64,000 nucleotides of DNA from Eledone cirrhosa. Lineage: Eukaryota. How positions within the stretch are numbered: position 1 is the first letter of the stretch; each line of letters opens with the position of its first letter. Under the pieces are notes generated by a model. It had not been told where the DNA came from and did not search any database. It was given only the letters and a program-made list of their open reading frames with translations. The position numbers were made by a program, and so were the translations under genes. Shown here piece by piece: positions 33,868 through 47,007 of this stretch. The stretch spans positions 51,894,001 to 51,958,000 of the forward strand of contig OZ024750.1 of the NCBI GenBank assembly GCA_964016885.1. Reading direction: 5' to 3'.

Positions 33868-36510
33868 CATATCTACCAGCTCCCCGTCCTTTCTATTTTT
33901 CTCTAACGCTAGTTTTTTGCTGAACTCTATCGAAGTTACTCTAATCTCTGTTTTGAGAGCCCCCCACATCTGTTGTTGATGATCTCCCCTGTCAACTTTA
34001 ACTAATCTAAATTGTTGACTCGGTCCCTGTAAGCCGTACGTGCCGGAAATGACATGTTCAGCTTCCAGTAACCCGGTCCAACCTACGCGTTTTATCTAGG
34101 TCGACCATACAGATCACAAATTTGTGATCTGAATAGGCGACCGTTTTAAAAAGTGGGCAGCCTACACTATTTCTATCTATTTTCTTAATGAAGATCCTGT
34201 CTATATACGATCTAGATGACCCCAAGCGGTTGGTCCATGTCCATACTGGCGCATTGGGGAAATCTAGTCGATACCTCTCAGACAGTTGGAACTGGCTGAT
34301 TAGGTGCTTGAGGCTTTTGCAGTCACCCCCCCCCCCCCCTTCCCCTCCTCCCCGCTCCTATCAGCACAATCCCAGCGTGCATCTAATATGCCATTCCAGT
34401 CCCCCGCTAACAGTAAAGGGCGAGACGTACCCAGAAAGGTCTCCAGGCGCCTAAAGACGTCCGGTCGTCCGGCCCCTGAAGGGGCGTAGACGGCCAGCAG
34501 TCTAAAGGCACCACCTTCGCTACTGCTCACATCCAAGACCACCAACTTACCGTCTGGGTCCCGGAAGATCGACCTTACCTCGAGATCCAGTCCTTTCCTA
34601 AACAGCACTGCTACCCCACCTCCCATTCTCGGCCTGCTAACAGATGCGAATATTTGATAGTCGTCGAAAATGGGGGCTAGTGCGCGCGTGTCGGAAAGTC
34701 TGGTCTCGCTGACGGCAATCACATCCATTTCCAACGACCTGAGTTCGTTGAGCAGGCGACTCTGCTTCCAGGGTGACCCCAGGCCGCGAACATTTAAACT
34801 TCCTACTCTTAATATGGCCATGTTGGCAAGAGAGAGGGAAGGTTTACTTACCTCCCGAGGTCTTGTGAAGGTCGGGTGGTTCGACCTCCATGGTTGGTGG
34901 GGTTTCTTTTGGTAACCCCTTTAAAAGTCTCGATGTGGGTTTCACATTCGGGGTTCCCACGTCTTGAGGAAAGCTCTCCCGAATTTCTTTGAAGGAATCG
35001 AGTAACATTCGCACCAGAAGCAAATCTTCTGGCACGCAAAATGTGCTCATTTCAAAGATCTCCCCCTCTGTTGAATGTCCACGCTTCGTGCGAAGAGGGC
35101 CATCAGTTTATCGTTGGCCCTTCTGACAAGCACGAAGTTTTTAACATTTTGTTGGTGGGGTTTTATTTGTTTTCGTTTTGGTGACTGTGGTGGTGATGGT
35201 TTTGGTGGTGTTGTTTCGGGTATGTCTGTGTTTGTTGTAGGTGTGGTGTCTGGAATTTCAGGTATTTGTGTGTTTATTTGTACTTGTGTTTGTTTAGGTT
35301 GTTTGCGTTTCGGGGATTGTGGGGGTGGTGTCGATGTTGCTGTTGGTGCTGGTATTATTGGGGAAGTGTTTGCGTTAGTGGTGTCTGTATTTTTTGTTGT
35401 GTATGTTTTTGTGTTTTGTTGGGGCTTTTTTTTTTGTGAGTTTTCTCTGGGGGTTTTTTGCACTTTTGGGTTTTCCTTCATCTTCGCTGCTGGAAGACAA
35501 AGGGTCTGTGGCTGTGAGTGTATCTGTGTCTGTGTGTGCGTTTATTGTTTTGCTATGTGTATAATTTGAGGGGTAGGGGGAGTGGGAGAACTTTCCTTGT
35601 TTTCCTCTTGGATTGGTTTCTGTGTTGGTGGTGGTCCGGCTGTTTTTAATGTTGGTGTCCGTGTCTTTGTTGGCGTTGTTTTTGGTGGTGGTGGTGCAGC
35701 TTTCCGTGCTGACAATGGCGTTGGCAACAAAGGAGGTTTGCGAACCCCTGCATTTTTGCGCTGAGAGCAGAAGGCTTGCAGATGCTTTGCTTCTTCGCAG
35801 ACGAAGCAGTGCGGCCTTCTTCCCTCAGTGATTAGTTGGATTGTTGTCCCGTCCTGCAGGCGGGCAAAATCCGGGTGGTTGTTCATGTCCTCTGGTTTCA
35901 TTTGGAGAAGAATCTCCAAAACCATTCCGGACCAGTCTTCTCTCTCTGTCCTTTTGATATCCAGGAGGGTAGTGTCTGTCCCCTCCTCGATTACGCATCC
36001 CAGGAGCCACCATATGTTCATTCCTGGTGGGATCCTGGAAATGCGGACCTTTACTGTCCTTTTACCCATGTAGGACGGGTGCATGATAATGCGTTCCGTT
36101 CTGCAGGGGGTCACCGAGTGCTTAAGAGCAAGGGCCTCGGTTTTGAACAGTACCGAGATGGTACCGAACTGTTTGGCCCTTGCTTTATAGTCTATCTCAC
36201 TCCAAAGCAGCCTCGACCTCTGCTTGGCTGGCAAGTTCCACTTTGCGTGTCTGCACTGCATCGAAAGTGCACCGTCCTCCTTTGCATGGCCGCTATTGCC
36301 CCGTCCGGGATGGTCAGGTTTGCCCAGGACTTCTCCCGTTTAATTAACCTCCACGCCTGGGCCAACTGTTCGTCTTTATCGCTAATATCAACATTCAATA
36401 AGCGCTTTGTTTTTGCTGCTGCTGCAGCAAAGGTGGTGCCGCTGTTGCTCTTGTTGTTGGTGTTGTGGTTCTTGCTGTTGTTGTTGGTGTTGTTGTTATT
36501 GTTATTGTTT
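33868..36510 (-). mobile_element. Tx1-clade LINE family C fragment (ORF1 and APE)
   Basis: MAILRVGSLNVRG...SET...GDWN; ORF1 remnants with RRPHCFVCEEAKHLQAFC. Confidence 0.85.
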
Positions 36511-36520
36511 AAGGACCTTA

Positions 36521-37237
36521 AAGACTTAAAAAAGCTACAGAAGGAATGCTAATGGCTGTGCAAGAGCAAGCCCTCAGAACGAAGTGGGTGAAACACCATA
36601 TTGACAAGGAGGAAGCTAGCTCACTGTGTAGGATCTGTGGAGAGAGAGAGGAGACTGTGGCTCACATTGTATCCGAGTGTAAACACCTAGCCCAGACGCA
36701 CTATAAAGGCTGGAGACATGATGTGATAGGCAGGGTGATCCACTGGCATCTATGCAAACTAAACAATTTATCACATTCTGAGAAGTGGTATGAGCCGGAG
36801 TTGGTGATAGAAAACGATCAGGTGAAGGTGCTATGGGATTTTAGGATACAGGCGGACAAGGTGGTTTTGGACAAGGAAAAAAGATCATGCTTGTTGTAGA
36901 TATAGCCTGCTCCTTTGACACAAGAGTGCAAGAAAAGAAAGAGAAAATTAACCGATACCAAGACTTAAAGTGAGAGATAAAAAGGATTTGGAACTGCTAT
37001 GAAATCAAGTTCGTCCCGATTGTCATAGGCGCACTAGGTACTATCTCAAAGAGTTTCTAAGGATGGTTAAAGAAGATTAGTCCAGCCCCGCTTTTTGGAA
37101 CACTTCAAAATGCATGCGTGCTGGGAACAGCAAGAACCCTCCGATACGTCCTGAATATCTGAGGCTGCAGGTAGCGGCTTGATATTCATTTCAACAAACT
37201 TTCCAGTTAAATAACATCAATGACTGAGACTCAAAGA
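36521..37237 (+). mobile_element. R4/Dong 3' fragment of the same family as 19261-21385, with (AAT)n tail
   Basis: Colinear with about 20605-21355, with stops and small deletions. Confidence 0.9.
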
Positions 37238-37254
37238 ATAATAATAATAATAAT

Positions 37255-37356
37255 TGTTTCTACTTTAGGCACAAGGCCAGCAATTACCAGTGCATTACTG
37301 GTACTTTATTTTATCGACCCCGTAAGGATGAAAGGCAAAGTCAACCTCGGCGGGAT
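37255..37356 (-). mobile_element. SINE family 1, 5'-truncated, within (AAT)n
   Basis: 3' half of the SINE with AAT repeats on both sides. Confidence 0.85.
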
Positions 37357-37375
37357 TAATAATAATAATAATAAT

Positions 37376-37658
37376 GATTTCATTTATTAGCCACAAGGGT
37401 CGATATGTAGGGGACAATCCAACGACAGGGACAGTAGGGATTTACAATAAGGTCGAGTAAAAGTGCACAATGGCAAGACTAATTTAACAATGAAGATATA
37501 CAAATATAAAATAAACTATGTATAAATATAACAAAATAAATAAATTCCCCTATAGGGGTGGACGACCCAGGGGTGACTCAGGTACCCCACCAATCCTGAA
37601 CCACCCTGCACTTCTAGGGCACCCAGGGAGAGCACCCCTCTCCTCAAGTTAGCTAGCC
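37376..37658 (-). mobile_element. Tx1 3'-UTR-only insertion flanked by (AAT)n
   Basis: Terminus GATTTCATTTATTAGCCACAAGGG and UTR layout similar to 21964-22210. Confidence 0.75.
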
Positions 37659-37694
37659 TATAATAATAATAATAATAATAATATTAATAATAAT

Positions 37695-37880
37695 TGTTTC
37701 TACTTTTGACACAAGGCCAGCAATTATCTCAGTGCATTACTGGTACTTTATTTCATCGACCCGGTAAGGATGAAAGGCAAAGTTAACCTCGGCGGGATTT
37801 GAACTCAGACCATAAAGGGGTGTAAGTGATAGCTGCAAAGCATGGCGTCCGACCCTCTACCGATACTGCTAATCCACCAC
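37695..37880 (-). mobile_element. SINE family 1, near full length
   Basis: Matches 15966-16150. Confidence 0.88.
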
Positions 37881-38034
37881 TCTACTGCCAACATGTAGGG
37901 TACAATACTAATAATCTAATACACACGTGTATACATTGAAGACAGGATATGCACCCTACAGTCTCCCACGAATAATACGACCACTGAGGTTTTTAGTGTC
38001 AGGCGATAACAAAAGTTATTGTAACCCAGACACT

Positions 38035-39115
<1,081 letters not shown>

Positions 39116-39276
39116 TGAGATGTTGACAGCACTAAATCTAGACCTTTGCGAAACTGTTCCAAACACCCAATTACCCTCTCAATATTTTACACGTACATGT
39201 AATACACACACTCACACACATTAGCCCCCCACACACACATACATACATACATACATACATACATACATACATACAT

Positions 39277-39307
<31 letters not shown>

Positions 39308-39360
39308 TACATACATACATATATGCATGCATGCATGCATACATGCATACATACATACAT

Positions 39361-39743
39361 GGTGGCTGCCAACTCGTTTTCGAGTAAGGCCACTACTTTA
39401 TATCCATGTAGGAGAACCCCTACCGATGCGCTGAACGAGTGTGACTTTTTAGTCCAGCCTGCGACATGAAAACTCTGGTACAAACACTACACTTGTGACA
39501 ATTATTGACACATAGTGCTGGGCCCATGGTACCATGTGACAACAAGTGCAGAGAGATCTCCAGATATAAAGCAATGCCTGTGCCGTGAAGCTTTTATAGT
39601 GAGCAATGGCACTTCACAAAGCCAGTCCCACTCTCTTAACCAAGATGATATTTACCAAAAAGAAGAACAAGTCAACATCATTGGATACCATCAGGGTTGT
39701 TGGTGTTATATCAGAGTTTTCCTTCTCCTAGAATTCTGCCTTG
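39361..39743 (-). mobile_element. RTE-derived short element family R1, within (CATA)n
   Basis: Reverse complement of 14093-14367 plus a 5' extension containing CTAGGAGAAGG; (CATA)n on both sides. Confidence 0.72.
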
Positions 39744-39817
39744 ATACATACATACATACATACATACATACATACATACATACATACATACATACATACA
39801 TACATACATACATACAT

Positions 39818-40010
39818 GATGGCTGCCCCCTCGTTATCGAGTATGGCCATTGCACGATATACCATTATTAATAATTATTAATTAATTCTATCGTGCAATT
39901 CCTGTGCGTAGATATTTTTTTAAATGAGGAAAGACTGTGCACTGAGCCAATCCCACTCTCTGAGCGACAGTAGCTATAACCCGAAAAGAAGAAAAGATCT
40001 ACATCATCGG
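39818..40010 (-). mobile_element. RTE-derived short element family R2, truncated
   Basis: Matches 59262-59457; shares the 3' terminus and the AGAGAGTGGGA.TGGCT motif with R1. Confidence 0.7.
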
Positions 40011-40038
40011 TACATACATACAGACATACACAGACAGA

Positions 40039-43000
40039 CAGTCAACGCGATCAGTCGCATATTTTGGAGAGGGGGACTATTTATTAAATTTAAGATGAAT
40101 ACTATCTCCGACAGTAATGCCACAACTACAGTCAGGTTGAATAACTGGTTATTCTTCTAACTATCCCTTCTGAAGACACATTTTATTCGAATTCGTAGAG
40201 ATATCCGACTAAATACATAATTCATTTTACAAGGATTTGCTACAAACAGCATGGCTGAACACCACATCAACAAAAAAATTAAGGAATTATCGAAGACAAA
40301 TAACAAGGAAGGTAATCAAACTTTATTCAGTTGTAGCTACAGAAGAAACCGAAATTATAAATCGCATTTCTCTTGGAGATGCGAACTTAATAATGATTTA
40401 TTTAATTGTTATAAAATGGCAAAAAACAATCCCTCCATTGTCTATGTGAACAGAATGAAGCTACACTGAGACGAAAAGCACCCAGAGCCAAATTATTTCA
40501 CAGCGAAACAATTACGCCAACAAGCGACGTTTGTTGGACGTAAAAATAAGATAAATATTATTAATTGTAAGTCGCCCTCAACAAACGTGGGATCAACAAC
40601 ACGTGCTACAGGTCGCCATGCTACTAGACTTCCTAGCAGCCAGGTCGAACAGTGCCTTGAAACAACTATGTCTGTAAGAAACTTGACATCACCCGTACTA
40701 TCTAAGTCTACTTCGAATGCTGGGGAAAACACTATCGATAATAATAATAATCGAAGAAATAATAATAATAATCGAATAAATGTGACACCACGTATACCAT
40801 CCGAGTCTACCTCGACTGTTGTGGAAAATACTATCGATAATGATAATCAAAAGTATAAACAATTGAAAATTTCCCTCAACGAAATCTTCCAGAGAGAAAT
40901 TAACTCATATATAAATATCTCTATTGCTGAACGTATTAAAACGACAATGTTGAATAAAAAACCAAATAATGAAATACTACGTGTTATTGACAAAATAGGG
41001 GATGAATATTTACGACGGATAAAAACCCCAACATTTTGGCAAATCAACGCCTGTTTATATGCCTTAGCAACGACAGTGAAGCATTATCTTGGTGATAGCA
41101 GATATATTAACAAGAACAGAACACCACCAAAAATACCATCATATATAACTAAAATAGAAAAAAAGAGTGCTGACCTACGAAAAAACATAGGACATGTGAC
41201 ATAGGACATGCAAACAAACACAAAAAACCTCACTCTCACCAACAAAGAGTGAAAAATAAAATAGAGACAATGTTTGGTAACAGTAGAACCAGAACTCTCC
41301 AATATAAGCTGATCACCCTCAAACAAGAATTGAGAGCTGATACCTGAAGGTAGATGAGAGAAAAGTGCTTAATAAAAGATTCAGACGAAACCAAACATCA
41401 GTCTATAGAGATATGAAGGGCAAAATAATAAGTGTCACTGAGGCCCCATCCCAGAAAGACGGAGATTCCTTTTAAAGAAAAATATGGGGTGAAAAGAAGA
41501 ATTTCAACCAAGATGCAGTGTGGCTAAGAGAAATCCGAAAGAACTATTGCTCCTACACTACAACAAAAACATACGAAATAAGTGAGGGTACCCTTGAGAC
41601 TGTGATCGGAAAACTCCAAGATCAGAAAACACCAGGAAGAGACATGATTGTCGGCTACTGGTACAAAAAACTAATATTCTATCGGAGGTATCTTACTGAC
41701 CTCTACCAACAAATTCTTAAGGGAGATACACTTATACCAGAATGGTTGACATTAGCACAAACGTTACTGGTCCCCAAGAACAAAGACACCCACTTGGAAA
41801 AAGACTACCGACTCACAGAACCTGATGTATAAGATGTATACAGCCTGCCTGAACCTATTCCTCCAAGATCACTGTGAAAATAATAACATCATCACAGATG
41901 AACAAGCAGCTGGAAAGAAAGGGATTTGGGGATGTGCTGAACAACTCCTAATCAACAAAACTGCGATGTCGGAGGTGCGGCAACTTAGGAGGAATATGAC
42001 TACAGTCTGGCTGGACTACAGGAAAGCTGTTGATTCTTTTCCCCACTCTTGGATGATAGAGGCCCTCCAACTTGCTAAAGTCCCAGACATTATTATCAGA
42101 GCCATAGAGAGGCTGTCTTCTTCTTGGGCTACTATCCTAAGGTTAAAGACAGAGAGGGAGGACTCTATTTTCACTGATAAAATAAAATATTGCAGGGTTA
42201 TATTTCATCGGGACAGTCTCTCTGTGATATTGTTCATCTTGTCATTAAACCCCTTGTCCTTTCGGCTCAAGAAATGTGAGGGATACATCATTGGCTCACA
42301 GGAGGACAGAAATACGAACCTAACCCATAATTTCTTTGTGGACGATCTGAAACTCTATGCCAAGGACATGGATGGGATGAAGAAAAATCTTGACCTGGTT
42401 ACAACGTTCTCAAAGGATATAGGAATGGAGTTTGGCCAAGATAAATGCTCATATATGACTGTAAAGCGGGGGAAAACAACAACCCAATCTAGCAATATTG
42501 TCATCAATCATCTAACTGTTTCACCGATATCTGATGAGTACTGCTACAGTTACCTGGGGATAGATGAGAATAGATCCTATAATGGTATCTGTAATAAAGA
42601 ACGCGTAACCAGGGAATACTACACCCGATTAAGAAAGATCTGGTCATCGGAACTTTCTGCGCAAAACAAAACATTGGCTCACAATGTGTTTGCTGTGCCT
42701 GTCCTAACACCAACGTTTGGAATACTAGATTGGACAATAGACGAAATCCTAGCAACTGATGTTAGAACTCGAAAAATACTGAACAACGCCGGAAACTTCC
42801 ACATCAAGTGACATAGACCGCCTTTACTTGAAACATAAGCAGAGAGGCAGAGGCCTAACATCAGTCCAGACAACATTTGAATGTCGCATCATATCTCTCC
42901 GACAACATCTACGAACCTCGAAGCGTAGGAGCCCGTTTCTCGAGCAAATCTATCTGCATGAAACAGATAAGATCATGAAAGTTGGGAAGGAACTCATCGA

Positions 43001-44100
43001 GAGATATTCCCTGTGTGATAATCAAAAACTCACACCCAGGGATGTCGCTCAGCAGTATCGCAGTGAATCCATGGATGAAAAACTGCACGCCTATCAGCAG
43101 AAAATCATGCATGGATATGTTGCCAGGAAGCTCCAGAGTGAGAGTAATATAGATAAGGAAAGTAGTCTATCTTGGACCAACAACCGCTATATTGGCTCCC
43201 ACTTTGAAGGATACGCTTTTGCAATCCAGGAACAGGAGATTAGCACGAAATACCTGATTCACAAAAGAGATAGGGATGCAGGCAAAACACCTAGATGTGA
43301 CAACAAGTGCAGACTCTGCAGAACTAACATCGAGGATATCACCCATGTCATCAGCAGCTGTCCAAAGATGTCATCGCGGTACTATCTACCTATGAGCCAT
43401 GATGTAGTGGCCAAAATACTGTACAATGAAGTTCGTAAAAAAGATAGCCCCGATAATAAACACATTAAAAGCTACAGCAATGTGGAAGACATCCATGTAC
43501 ATAATATGAAAGAGTACTGGTAGAATGTTCCAGTAAAAACCCCAATAAAATGCAGGCATAGCAGACCAGATATTATGATATTGGACAGGGAGAAGAAAGC
43601 ATGCACAGTAGTGGAAATTAGCTGCCCACCAGATGCCAATATAATATCAAAGATTAGTGAAAAGGAGAACATGTATTCAGAATTGATGAGAAATCTGCAG
43701 ATACTCCACCCTGATTACACCTTCAGATGTATGCCTGTGATTATTGGGGCACTGGGATATGTTAGTAACTGCCTCAATACAAATCTTGAGAAGCTAGGCT
43801 TCACAGGAACAGAAAGAACACAACTAGTTAGAAAATTACAAGTACAATCCATTAATGGAACAGTAAAAATATGTAGAACATTCCAAAAATGTTGCATCTA
43901 ATAACTGCATATACACATGCACACATACAACTCAAAACATACACATCAACACATGCAATAACATCCATATCTACACATGCATACATACATATCTACCTAG
44001 TTGATGTTGTGTAAATTCCAATGAGAGAGTCTTGTGTCTATGTTAGAAACCGACTCTCTCTCTATTGGTAAAACTTTGTGAAATTATAAAACCAGAAGAA
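40039..44100 (+). mobile_element. Near full-length, decayed R4/Dong-type LINE family E (copy E1) with (CATA)n tail
   Basis: N-terminal Myb-like W..CY..Y..RM segment, RT (FVDDLKLY), CRLC...HVISSC and RPDI motifs; CATA-type repeats on both flanks. Confidence 0.9.
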
Positions 44101-44230
44101 CATACATACATACATTCATACATACATACATGCATACATACATACATACATACATACATGCATGCATGCATACATACATACATACATACATACATACATA
44201 CATACATACATACATACATACATACATACA

Positions 44231-44262
<32 letters not shown>
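44101..44262. repeat. (CATA)n tract, tail of E1
   Basis: Read directly. Confidence 0.96.
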
Positions 44263-44506
44263 CGGTGCTTTTCCCGGTTTTGTGGCGCGAAGTGACTAAT
44301 ATCAGAACATTTCCGAGTTTATGTTAATCTTAGCTACAAATACAGATCGAAAGTAGTCAATAAATGAAACTACTAACGAACGGAAGTATATTCAATAGTG
44401 AAAGTAATTATTATTTTCCAATAGATTCCTCGACATAGCGTTAATCTACCACATCTAAAATTTGTGTTAGTTGAATTTCATTAAAAATCTGCATTATTAG
44501 GAAAGT

Positions 44507-44736
44507 AATGCACTGGGTAATTGCTGGCCTTGTGCCTAAAGTAGAAACAATTATTAGGAAAGTTGGCAGTATCGGTAGTTGGTCGGGCGCCATGCTTTGA
44601 AGCATAGAGTTACCTCCCTTTATGATCTGAGTTCAAATCTCGCCGATGTTAACTTTGCCTTTCATCCTTACGGGATAAAATAAAGTACCAGTAATGTACT
44701 GGAACAATTGCTGGCCTTGTGCCAAAAGTAGAAACA
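44507..44736 (+). mobile_element. Two tandem SINE family 1 insertions with a triplicated 14-bp TSD
   Basis: ATTATTAGGAAAGT at 44493-44506, 44550-44563 and 44737-44750; inserts at 44507-44549 and 44564-44736. Confidence 0.9.
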
Positions 44737-44989
44737 ATTATTAGGAAAGTTAATCGGGGGTCAATTCGGGTGTAAGGGAGATAACCCATATAAGATTTGC
44801 TGATCAAGGGAGACTACTGCGTCAAATGTATTTAGAATGATGTCCCATATATCATTTACATTTCAATAAATGAATATATCTCTCTCTCCTTTGCTCTCTC
44901 TCTCCCTCTCTCTCTCTTTCTCTCTCTCCATTGCTCTCTCTCCCTCTCCCTTTTTCTCTCTCCCTCTCTCTTTAAATATATATATTATT

Positions 44990-45157
44990 GAGGGGACAGG
45001 TTCCGCGTCTGGGGCGGGTCCATCAGCTGCCAGCAGCCTCTACGTTGAGGGCTGGGCATGCCGTGACTAATGATGCACAAACTGCATGCCGTGACTAATG
45101 AGCTGAGACTGCGCCACCACGGTGAACAGGTGTGGTCGCCGTTTGTGAGACAGGCCT
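44990..45157 (+). pseudogene. Small decayed Tx1 ORF2 fragment
   Basis: GLGMP*LMM...LRLRH...EQVWSPFVRQA with an internal duplication. Confidence 0.7.
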
Positions 45158-45181
45158 TTATATACAGGAGAGAGATATGTG

Positions 45182-45482
45182 AAGGCACATGGCTTAGTGG
45201 TTAGAGCATTGGCCTTGCAATAATGAGATTGTGAGTTCGATTCTCGGACCGAGTGATGCGTTGTGTCTTTCAGTAAGATATTTTATTTCACGTTGCTTCA
45301 TTTCACTCAGCTATAGAAATAAGTTTCTGGTGCCAGCTGTATCGGTCATTGCCTGGACGACATAGGTGGCGTGGAGAGAGGAAGACTAGTATGCATGGGC
45401 AACCGCTGGTCTTTCATAAATAAAGCTGCCCGGACTTGTGGCCCAGAGGGAAACTTTCTAGGCGCAAACCCCATGGTCATTA
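45182..45482 (+). mobile_element. tRNA-derived SINE family 2
   Basis: A box TGGCTTAGTGG, B box GTTCGATTC and a core-like central region; paralog at 15574-15935. Confidence 0.8.
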
Positions 45483-45499
45483 CTCTATATATAGAGTAT

Positions 45500-47007
45500 A
45501 TAAATTACAGAATAATCAAAACCATGTTCAAAACATTTTATTGCTGACAATCGTTTCTTCTAAACTTTCGTTTGAAATCATCGGAGCAGTAGCAAAGTTT
45601 AGACATATAATTAACCTCCTATTCCACAGGACAATCGTAAAGATACATAGATGTTAGTGTTGTCATTAATAGTGTCATATTTAAAGAGTGAAGTTGATGT
45701 GGTCAGTATCAGTGGATGCGACATAGATTATAAAAGAATAATACAACAATTATAGATGAATTAAAGAAGAGAGTTACTCGCAAAACGAGGACATTAGCAG
45801 TACATATACAAGCCTATAGAAAGAGTGCAGAGGTATTAGGCATGTACAGAATAACCAGGTAAGAAACAAGCAATGGTACTAAGCATATATATATCACAGT
45901 ATGGCAAAGGTATCACATAATACAATACAGGTATAAAAGTATATTTAGCAGACAGAGATGCGTGGGAATGGAAAGCAGTTTCTATGAAGTTTATGGTGGA
46001 TGTAGTGTGATAATTGTTCCGGTAATGTTCAAATGTACATGTGTTGTGAGTATCAATATCAAGGTTTTCCTTTCCATTACATTGGTTATATTTTAGTAAA
46101 TGTTTATCAGTAGTTACAATTGGTCCTATTACAATCTTATCAGGGGTTAAAGTTGTTCTGGAGTGATCTGTCTAACAGTTTAATTTCAGGAAGTGAATTA
46201 GAGATCTATATTAAGGGAGCTAATGTGACAGGAGGGGGGGGGGTTAATTGGCGATTAATTTGTATATAAGAAAAAAAATGTATAGTTGTTTACAACTCCA
46301 CTTAGTTAAATTCTGTGTAAAAGTGAATCTTTTTATATATAATGCTATTTATTTTTAAATTTATATATTTAATTTTAAATACAATCTTTTTTCTATAATA
46401 TCTTAAAGGTCTCATTTTATCACTACCTACCCATATACTAATTAAATGAATAAAATATTAGTAAGTTATAGTAGTTATATTAAATGGTGGTAACTTTACA
46501 TTTATTCCTACTAGTTATTGTAGAGTATAAGATTTGAGATAAACAGGAGGTAAGTAGAGGAATGAGCTGATCATAGTGATGCTGTGATGCTGTGGGGGTA
46601 ATGATCAATGTGATGCTGTGGGGGTAATTATATACTGATAAAACCTAGAGGTAAAGTGTTAATGGTGGTGAGTAATCCATTGTTATATAATAGCAGCTAT
46701 GTTTGAAGTTGTGGAAAGAGTGTCGCACATGGAAAAAATTTTTGATTTATATTTAAGAGGTTTAGCTTAAAATAGATTATAGTGCGGTCTCTAGAAGACA
46801 GAGGTTACATAATCTATTCGGTGGTTTATACGTTGCGGCCATATCTATTACTTCCCATTGAAGTGTATATAGTCTATTCTTAGTTTTCAGAGAGTGTATG
46901 TAGTTTGATAAAGAAGTGGAGTTGGCTAGATTGCGATTTTTGAAAGTGTGGAGATGCGAGTTATATCTCGTCTTGAAGCAGTTCGAAGTAGAACCGATAT
47001 ATGTTTT
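45500..47007 (-). mobile_element. Penelope-like element 3' remnant (GIY-YIG endonuclease end and probable pLTR/UTR)
   Basis: The minus strand from 47007 translates KTYIGSTSNCFKTRYNSHLHTF...TSLSNYIHSLK...LQWEVI...YKPPNRLCNLCLLE; the left boundary is inferred. Confidence 0.7.
45540..45590 (-). ncRNA. Putative type I minimal hammerhead ribozyme (U4C core variant)
   Basis: tgct-CCGATGA-[tttcaaac gaaa gtttagaa]-GAAAC-gatt-GTC-agca, downstream of a Penelope-like GIY-YIG remnant. Confidence 0.6.

Noticed and set aside
40165-40200. CTGAAGA in the family E 5' UTR as a possible hammerhead
   Set aside because: No GAAA-stem III-NUH arrangement or convincing stems.
45182-45260. Possible tRNA gene (also the SINE family 1 heads)
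   Set aside because: A and B boxes are present, but there is no full cloverleaf and the sequence continues into a dispersed SINE body.
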